A stretch of DNA of 32,000 nucleotides, taken from Sinorhizobium meliloti. GTDB taxonomy: Bacteria > Pseudomonadota > Alphaproteobacteria > Rhizobiales > Rhizobiaceae. The position numbers and the translations under genes are program-made. The stretch lies in assembly GCF_017876815.1 (NCBI RefSeq), contig NZ_JAGIOS010000003.1:180001-212000 (forward strand), read 5' to 3'. Within the stretch, counting starts at the first letter, position 1. Each line of letters begins with the position of its first letter. Under the pieces are notes generated by a model. That model had not been told where the DNA came from and made no database searches. It saw only the letters and a program-made list of their open reading frames with translations. Shown piece by piece: positions 26,169 through 32,000 of this stretch.

Positions 26169-26465
26169 ATGCGTGCCCAAATCCGTTCCGCTGCAGAAAA
26201 CGAGGCAAAGGTTGCCTTGACCCGCAACAAACTGGTGCTTGATCAAGCGCGGGCCGTTGGCCTTCTCGGCACCGCGAAAAATACACGTTTGTCAGGGCGT
26301 GTACCATCGGAGTTGATCGAAGCCGCGAAGAAGCGAGCCCACGTCACTTCCGACACCGAACTGTTGGAACTGGCACTGGCGCGGCTGGCACTGGAGGATG
26401 ACTTTGGCGCCCGCCTCGTCGGCCGGAAAGGCAGCATTCCAGCGGACGTCGACCTTGGGCTTTGA
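26169..26465 (+). CDS. Putative type II antitoxin (RHH/VapB-like, 98 aa)
   Basis: ATG 26169 follows GGAGG. The segment SGRVPSELIEAAKKRAHVTSDTELLELALARLALEDDF is typical of antitoxin DNA-binding/neutralisation proteins. PIN-toxin remnants lie downstream once the IS is removed. Confidence 0.5.
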   Translation: MRAQIRSAAENEAKVALTRNKLVLDQARAVGLLGTAKNTRLSGRVPSELIEAAKKRAHVTSDTELLELALARLALEDDFGARLVGRKGSIPADVDLGL

Positions 26466-26507
26466 TCTCCTCGAGACCCTCCATCACTGAAGCCTCAAAA
26501 ACGCCTA

Positions 26508-26526
26508 GAGCGGGATGCATTTAGGC
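26508..26526 (+). repeat. IS630-family left terminal inverted repeat
   Basis: GAGCGGGATGCATTTAGGC, read directly and compared with the right end. Confidence 0.7.
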
Positions 26527-26600
26527 GGAATCGGAAAGGGGATTCCTTTTTCTGCGCAAATCAGATTCACCATTCAGGCCGGTGAAGGAGGCCGGCCTTT

Positions 26601-27547
26601 ATGGCGAGACCTTTTTCGAATGATCTTCGGGAACGCGTTGTCGATGCGGTGACGGGCGAGGGCCTATCGTGCCGGGCAGCGGCCAAGCGCTTCGGCATCG
26701 GCATCAGCACCGCGATCGATTGGGTGCGGCGGTTTCGCGAGACGGGCAGCGCCGCACCCGGCCAGATGGGTGGGCACAAGCCCCGCAAGCTTTCCGGTCC
26801 GCACCGGGCTTGGCTGCTTTGCCGCTGCCGCGAGCGCGACTTCACGCTGCACGGACTTGTCGCCGAGTTGAGCGAGCGCGGCCTGAAGGTGGATTATCGC
26901 GCCGTCTGGACCTTCGTGCACGAAGAGGGGTTGAGTTATAAAAAAAGACGCTGGTCGCCAGCGAACGGGAGCGGCCCGACGTCGCCCGCCACCGGGCACG
27001 ATGGCTGAAGCACTGCCCCGGAATTGATCCCGCCCGCCTCGTTTTCATCGATGAGACCTGGACGAAGACGAACATGGCGCCGCTGCGGGGCTGGGCGCCT
27101 CGCGGCGAACGACTGGTGGGCTACGCCCCCTTCGGCCATTGGAACACCATGACCTTTGTCGCCGCACTCAGGGCCGACCGCGTCAGCGCTCCCTTTATCC
27201 TCGATGGCCCGATCAATGGCGAACGCTTCCGCATCTATGTCCAGCAAGTTCTGGTGCCGGAACTCAAAGCCGGCGACATCGTCATCCTGGACAATCTCGG
27301 CTCCCATAAGGGTCAGGAGATCCGCGCCGCCATCCGTAAGGCCGGCGCCCGCCTGTTCTTTCTGCCGAAATATTCCCCCGATCTCAATCCGATCGAAAAG
27401 CTCTTCGCCAAAATCAAGCACTGGTTGCGTGAGGCACAGGCCAGATCACGCGACGCAATCCATGACGAACTGCGCCACATTCTCCAAGCCGTCACCCCAC
27501 AGGAATGCGCAGCCTACTTCAAAGAGGCGGGATATGAACGGGCTTAA
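26601..27547 (+). CDS. IS630-family transposase produced by -1 programmed frameshift (OrfA 26601-26945 joined to OrfB frame 26945-27547)
   Basis: OrfA carries the HTH ([24 protein letters not shown]). The slippery A AAA AAG lies at 26940-26946. In the -1 frame the sequence continues [21 protein letters not shown]...[26 protein letters not shown]...ILDNLGSHK...[13 protein letters not shown], which is the DDE motif. Confidence 0.85.
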
Positions 27548-27560
27548 ATACATACCGCTC
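27542..27560 (-). repeat. IS630-family right terminal inverted repeat
   Basis: The reverse complement reads GAGCGGTATGTATTTAAGC. Confidence 0.7.
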
Positions 27561-27591
27561 TAGGAACGCTTGAACGCCGCGCCGATGATGA

Positions 27592-28091
27592 TTTGCCCTG
27601 GGTAGAAGACGAGCCAACCATTGGTGGTCCAGGTTCCTGGACACCGTCGTCTATCTGGATGTGCAGCAGGGGCGATCGCCGGCAGAGATAGATGCACTTG
27701 TGACCTATCGGCTATGCCATCATTCGGCTGTGTGTCTCTCCGAGCTGACCCATGATTTGGCCGCCTGGATCCGAAACATGTTTCAACGAAGTCGGTCCTG
27801 GAAACAATTCAGGCGACGGTAGGCGACATACCGGAGCACAGACTTCATGCCCCGGACGCAGCTATCTGGGGGCAAGCCGGCGTCCTCGCTGGCTTGCTCT
27901 TTCGGTTGACCAACTTGCCAAGGGGTGAGGGTCACGAGCGTCGGTTTGTAAACGATGCTCTGATTTTCCTGCAGGCGCGGCAATTGGGTGCGAGTGTGCT
28001 TACCGGAAACATCCGGGATTTCGACTATTTTTCCCAGATCATTCCGACGGGGCGCGTCATTCTGTACCGATCTCCTGCAGCGCCACGATGA
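27592..28091 (+). pseudogene. PIN-domain (VapC-like) toxin gene, frameshifted and lacking an obvious start
   Basis: Frame A (27592-27822) reads ..WWSRFLDTVVYLDVQQGRSPAEIDALV..AVCLSELTHD. Frame B (27756-28091) reads FGRLDPKH...AAIWGQAGVLAGLL...RRFVNDALIFLQARQLGASVLTGNIRDFDYF. Together they give the PIN acidic residues D...E...D...D. The frame switches near 27750-27756. TGA TGA closes frame A just upstream, with no ATG or GTG. Confidence 0.55.
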
Positions 28092-28115
28092 TGAAGTAAG
28101 TAGTAGTTAGCGCAC

Positions 28116-28532
28116 CTACTTCAACGCCCGGCTCTTTCCCAGCCCCATCGCGCGTGCGAGTTTCGAGCGCTGCAGGGCATAGTTGCGAGCTGTCATCGGG
28201 TATTCGGATGGAAGCTTCCATTTTTCGCGATACTGGTCCGGCGTCATACCGTATTTTGTCGTCAAATGCCGCTTGAGAGACTTGAATTTCTTGCCGTCCT
28301 CCAAGCAGACGATGAAGTCGTCGGTCACCGACTTCTTGATGGGGACCGCGGGGCGTTGTTCTTCGACTGCTGGCGGGGTCTCCCCTGGTCCAGAAGTTTC
28401 GTTCAGGGAGCCGTAGGTTTGCTGGATAAGATAAGGGAGTTCGTCGGGGGCAATGACATTGCGGCTCAAATAGGCCGATACGATGCGGCTGGTGAGCTCA
28501 AGTCTTCGTCCGTTTGAGCGCGTTTCCGTCAA
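28116..28532 (-). CDS. Ros/MucR-family zinc-finger-type transcriptional regulator (138 aa, TTG start)
   Basis: The N-terminus (TTG)TETRSNG..ELTSRIVSAYLSRN matches the usual MTET... start of MucR proteins, and GGAGAAG lies upstream. The core reads CLEDGKKFKSLKRHLTTKYGMTPDQYREKWKLPSEYPM. Confidence 0.85.
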   Translation of the reverse strand: MTETRSNGRRLELTSRIVSAYLSRNVIAPDELPYLIQQTYGSLNETSGPGETPPAVEEQRPAVPIKKSVTDDFIVCLEDGKKFKSLKRHLTTKYGMTPDQYREKWKLPSEYPMTARNYALQRSKLARAMGLGKSRALK

Positions 28533-28659
28533 TGATCTTCTCCGCAGCCTGTTACCAATGAAATCGAGCGATGCAGAGTGCAGATATTTCGGTCGGAACG
28601 AAGGCACTATGAGCCGCGAGTCGCTATATATCTCTGCTTGTCATCCCTACGAGGGTTCC

Positions 28660-29838
28660 ATGGCTGAAAACCACACGCACTGGCTTCGGAAAGAGAATAC
28701 GGATCAGACGAAGGCGAGCTTTCCGGAACTCTTTTTCGATCTCGTTTTTGTATTTGCCCTGATTCAGCTTTCCGAGAGCCTTTCGGATGATTTCAGTCTT
28801 GGCATCGCCGCCGAAGCAGTGCTTTTCATCTTCGCGCTTTGGTGGGTATGGATTCATACGACGTGGGTCATGGATCTTCTGGATACCGAGATCGAACCGG
28901 TCCGCCTGCTGCTCTTCACTCTCATGTTCTTCGGCATCGTGATGGCGATTGCGCTGCCCGAGGCCTTCAAAGGCATGGGCCTTCTCTTTGCCGTCGCCTA
29001 TTCAGCGATGCAGGTCAGTCGGTCGCTGTTCGCACTCTATGCATTCCGAAGAGGCGACCCGGCCTCGTTCATGACCTTTTTCCGGATCACCGCCTGGCTT
29101 ACGATTTCAAGCACCTTCTGGATTACGGGAGGCCTGTCGGAACCGCATCTGCGCGTCGTCCTGTGGATCGTGGCGCTCGTTGTGGAATATACAGGTCCGA
29201 CGGTCCGCTACTGGGTGCCACTTATCGGGGCTTCGCCGCGGGAAACCCTTGACATCGACGGGGAACATCTTGCGGAACGCAGCGCTCTTTTTGTCATCAT
29301 CGCACTTGGCGAGACCATCCTGACAATTGGCAAACACACGTTCAGCAACCTCGAGACTGAGGGCACGCCCTGGGTCCTCTGTTTTTCCTTTCTCACCACG
29401 GTTCTCATGTGGTGGATCTATTTTCACGACGGCCAGCAACGGGCCGCTGACAAGGCAGAAGACACGTCCAAACCGCAAACCACCGCGCAGTATCTCTTCA
29501 CCTATGGCCACCTTCCGATCGTTGGCGGCATCATCTTCACGGCGGTCGGAGAAGATTTCAGCCTGGCGCACCCTTACCAACTGGGAAAGTACAATTTCGC
29601 GCTGGCTCAGCTCGGCGGGCCGATCCTGTTCCTGGCTGGGACAATGTGGATGAAAAGGGTGTCATCGCGCGTCCTGCCCTATTCGCATGTCTTTGGCATC
29701 AGCCTGCTCACAGCTAGTTTCACGCTTGTGCCCTTCGTCGCCAACTTCGCTATCCAGGCGCTGACAGGTGTTATACTGCTCGTGGTCGCCGTCTGGGAGT
29801 ATGTCGCGTTGAAGCATCTGCGGCGCAGCGCCGCTTGA
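28660..29838 (+). CDS. LtrA (low temperature requirement A)-family integral membrane protein
   Basis: The family signature ASFPELFFDLVFVFALIQLS is present and the protein has multiple TM segments. ATG 28660 follows GAGGG. The upstream in-frame extension to 28483 overlaps the mucR-like gene. Confidence 0.8.
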   Translation: MAENHTHWLRKENTDQTKASFPELFFDLVFVFALIQLSESLSDDFSLGIAAEAVLFIFALWWVWIHTTWVMDLLDTEIEPVRLLLFTLMFFGIVMAIALPEAFKGMGLLFAVAYSAMQVSRSLFALYAFRRGDPASFMTFFRITAWLTISSTFWITGGLSEPHLRVVLWIVALVVEYTGPTVRYWVPLIGASPRETLDIDGEHLAERSALFVIIALGETILTIGKHTFSNLETEGTPWVLCFSFLTTVLMWWIYFHDGQQRAADKAEDTSKPQTTAQYLFTYGHLPIVGGIIFTAVGEDFSLAHPYQLGKYNFALAQLGGPILFLAGTMWMKRVSSRVLPYSHVFGISLLTASFTLVPFVANFAIQALTGVILLVVAVWEYVALKHLRRSAA

Positions 29839-29878
29839 TTGCCACGGCTTCGTTTCTGCTGCGCCCTAGAAATATGCC

Positions 29879-29905
29879 ACACCTTCCTCTTCATGCAGAA
29901 GGTGT
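29879..29905. other. Perfect 8-bp stem hairpin ACACCTTC-N11-GAAGGTGT, 41 nt after the LtrA stop
   Basis: Read directly. There is no T-tract on the + strand, and GGCATATTTCT follows on the - strand. It may be a terminator for either flank. Confidence 0.3.
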
Positions 29906-30420
29906 AGCCGGACGCTTAGGGCATCCTCCACAGCTCCTCCGTTCTATCGCTACTGCTTGGGCAGTTGGTGCCGGTCCCACGCACCGTCCTCAAGGCCCCG
30001 GTCTTCAATGAGCTTCCCGACCGGCAGGAGGTCGCGCAGCGCCCAGTGCCTGCGCTATCCCGTCGTGCCGGCCCCAAAGCGGGTAAGCCCCTTCAACGAC
30101 ACCCCCGCCGGCGAGTTTTGGGGTCGCGGAAATCCCAGACGGCTTCCCCAAGGTTTCAGGGCGCCGCTGCAGGTAGGGCAGCTTTGTTGACTCCGTCTTC
30201 CGCTGGGCCGAAAACAGACTTCCGCTTCCAGAAGGAGATCATCTGATGGCTGAAGAGAATAGTATGTTCCTCAATGACAGGTTTGTCGTGGCGGACGCCA
30301 CGGAAAGACACCGACGATGCAAAAGCATACTGCTGTCGAACTTTTCCGCCGGATTGCAAACTGAGTGAGTAGCAATACCTCAACCGGATCGCAGTCCGGC
30401 TTGCTCAAAGTGGGGACACT

Positions 30421-31014
30421 ATGAAAACACCGTGGAAATTCCTTGCCCGATTGGCGTCGCGGCAACCATCGGGGAAAACGCAAGAGAGCTCGGCCGGGAA
30501 TGACACCGGTTCCAAGACTCTCGAGCATACGTCCGCACTTCCACCCAGTCCGACGGTGGCTGCCAGCCCGCTTGCTCGAAATGAGGACGTCTCGGTTGAT
30601 CAAGGGCCAATCGCATCGGATAAGCCGGCAGGCCATAACGGTGTCGCACAGGCGTTAGAACCGCCAATCCATGCGGATGAGGCTCAAACAACTGCGCGTG
30701 ACGAAGCCGACCAATCGGGCGCCGAAGCGAATTCGCTGGCTCCGAAAAGCACGGCAAGCACAAAGTCGCAACGCAAACCGCGGATCAAGCGTCGAGAACG
30801 TGGGAAGAGAGCCAACGCCCGCGTGGATGCTCAAAGCGCTGTCGTCCAAAAGCATTATCAAAACCTGCAACAATCGTCTTCACGTGACTTGTTTTTCCAT
30901 GAATTGGCGACACTCGACGAAGAAATCAAAATGCTGCGGACCCAACTCGCTCAAAAGCTTCATCTGCAGAACGTTCAGCTGAAGAAAATGCTGGAGCGAT
31001 TCGAACTTTCGTGA
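30421..31014 (+). CDS. Hypothetical protein: low-complexity/disordered N-terminal ~150 aa, basic patch, C-terminal coiled coil
   Basis: The ATG follows GGGGA. The basic patch is KSQRKPRIKRRERGKRANAR. The C-terminal heptad-like segment is FFHELATLDEEIKMLRTQLAQKLHLQNVQLKKMLERF. Confidence 0.55.
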   Translation: MKTPWKFLARLASRQPSGKTQESSAGNDTGSKTLEHTSALPPSPTVAASPLARNEDVSVDQGPIASDKPAGHNGVAQALEPPIHADEAQTTARDEADQSGAEANSLAPKSTASTKSQRKPRIKRRERGKRANARVDAQSAVVQKHYQNLQQSSSRDLFFHELATLDEEIKMLRTQLAQKLHLQNVQLKKMLERFELS

Positions 31015-31160
31015 ACTCGGCGGCACTCCTATAAGCGCGCCTGCGTCATCTTCGCTTGGCGGGAAGCCCTCGCCGCCATTCAATTGAATGGGTGCGAAAG
31101 CCTGTTGAGCAGACACCCATCAAATAGGCTCATTGCGTATTCGTCGACGCGTGCTGCGCC

Positions 31161-31370
31161 TCAGGACAGCCCAGCGACAATACTCAAGCCCAGGTCGTCG
31201 CGAATCCCTGATTGATATGCATTGATCAGTTTTGCGGCGAGTGCTTCAGCTTCTTCTGACTTGCGTGGCAAAGCTCGCCTTTGCAGTTCGTCCAGGAAGG
31301 CCTTTCCGATTATCTCCAACTCGTCAGGCCCAATTGGATCGAAACTCGAGGTTTGAGCTGATTTCATCAT
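31161..31370 (-). CDS. Small hypothetical protein (69 aa)
   Basis: A very strong SD (GGAGGGAGGGGA) lies immediately upstream of ATGATG. The composition is plausibly soluble and helical (DELEIIGKAFLDELQRRAL...AEALAAKLINAYQSG). Confidence 0.55.
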   Translation of the reverse strand: MMKSAQTSSFDPIGPDELEIIGKAFLDELQRRALPRKSEEAEALAAKLINAYQSGIRDDLGLSIVAGLS

Positions 31371-31458
31371 TCCCCTCCCTCCGCCGCCGGCTGAGACGGA
31401 AGACCCTTCGGCCTCTGCGTTTCAGCCTGAACTGAACGGGTGCAGCTTCGCATTAGAT

Positions 31459-31617
31459 CTATCGAAATTGAGCCGTCCTTACGGCCTGACGGTCCGTATC
31501 GATCCACTGCAGTGCCCCAAGGGCCGAGCCAAATAGCAGAGCAGGCACAGCCAGGGCTCCCATGAACCTCAGCATTTGGAGCCGGCGTGTTCGCTTTCCA
31601 TCCCAATCGTAAGCCAT
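31459..31617 (-). CDS. Small putative membrane protein (52 aa from ATG 31617)
   Basis: The sequence is MAYDWDGKRTRRLQMLRFMGALAVPALLFGSALGALQWIDTD..., a basic N-terminus followed by one TM helix. The SD is weak. It is preferred over the overlapping 138-aa ORF 31367..31783, which runs through the next gene's SD. Confidence 0.35.
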   Translation of the reverse strand: MAYDWDGKRTRRLQMLRFMGALAVPALLFGSALGALQWIDTDRQAVRTAQFR

Positions 31618-32000
31618 TTGCACGCCCCGTCGTATAAAGCACGCCGAGATAGAACCAGAGAACGACTTTTTCGTCGAGTCTATTTTCAAGTATTACTTTT
31701 AGAGGAATTTCCTCTGCGGGTTTTATATTGCACATCCAAGGGCGTCGATAGAAAATGAGAAGTAAAGGTGTCCAAGAAGGCATGGTGATCGCGCTTGGCC
31801 GTGACGGAGGGCATCACACTGCGATAAGCCTTCGCGCTCGCGCCGACCCTGCGCCAACATGTAGAGGGCCCCGATCGTCGAATTAGGGATAGTGGTCAGC
31901 GCCGTCTATTTCCGGTGAGGGCCGGAAGCTTTCACCGGTAGATCGTCAGGCTCTAGGTGTGAGCCAGGCATCAGCGATCCGTAAAGCAGGACTCTGATGG

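Larger units (their letters stand above)
26508..27560 (+). mobile_element. IS630-family insertion sequence (1053 bp) inserted at CTAG with TA duplication
   Basis: Imperfect terminal inverted repeats are present: GAGCGGGATGCATTTAGGC and the reverse complement of the right end, GAGCGGTATGTATTTAAGC (16 of 19 matching). TA flanks both ends (26506-7 and 27561-2) within ccTA...TAgg. The element carries a two-frame DDE transposase. Confidence 0.85.

Noticed and set aside
31367-31783. 138-aa minus-strand ORF overlapping the small membrane-peptide ORF
   Set aside because: Its C-terminus reads through the SD and start of the next gene and its composition is not protein-like. The alternative 52-aa frame gives a clean TM helix.
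31906-32000. Possible 3' end of a minus-strand gene running off the right edge (…IRVLLYGSLMPGSHLEPDDLPVKASGPHRK*)
   Set aside because: Only 30 codons are visible and there is no recognisable family, so it cannot be supported.
1-32000. Search for CRISPR arrays, tRNA/rRNA genes, long tandem repeats or defence-system gene sets
   Set aside because: I saw no periodic repeat-spacer structure, no cloverleaf-like conserved tRNA segments and no nuclease, helicase or methylase gene sets by eye. Their absence is not proven without tool-based scans.

Overview
High-GC (about 60%) alphaproteobacterial DNA. It is most likely a Rhizobiaceae accessory replicon or chromid; this is inferred from the Ros/MucR regulator, the IS630-type element and the gene content, and was not checked against any database. 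The window reads left to right as follows. (1) 299-5280 holds a translationally coupled iron-siderophore ABC importer: a substrate-binding protein (SBP), two FecCD permeases and an ATPase. It ends in a fusion of DUF2218 with a siderophore-interacting (SIP/ViuB-type) flavoreductase. (2) 5748-7892 holds a divergent YeiH-family transporter and LysR regulator pair. (3) 7936-13570 holds a putative quaternary-amine/betaine-type catabolic cluster. It encodes a GbcB-type FNR/2Fe-2S reductase, an amidohydrolase_2 protein, a stand-alone Rieske protein, a BetB-like aldehyde dehydrogenase and an orphan ProX-type binding protein. No canonical Rieske oxygenase alpha subunit is present, and this is my best candidate for an undescribed system. 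(4) 13759-17131 holds a secreted alpha/beta hydrolase, a BetI-like TetR regulator with a clear operator-like repeat array, a GlxA/GbdR-type AraC regulator and an isochorismatase-family hydrolase. (5) 17699-23870 holds a LysR regulator plus two very different adenine-deaminase-family paralogs flanking an NCS2/AzgA-type purine permease. (6) 23998-28091 is a gene-decay tract. It contains an EthD-like ORF with an in-frame TAA and an arginase-fold protein with altered metal ligands. It also contains a frameshifted VOC pseudogene and a toxin-antitoxin (TA) module split by an IS630-family element with a frameshifted PIN toxin. (7) 28116-31617 holds a Ros/MucR regulator, an LtrA-family membrane protein, a disordered coiled-coil protein and two small ORFs. 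I saw no rRNA, tRNA or CRISPR array. Many long ORFs in the six-frame track are antisense shadow ORFs typical of high-GC DNA.
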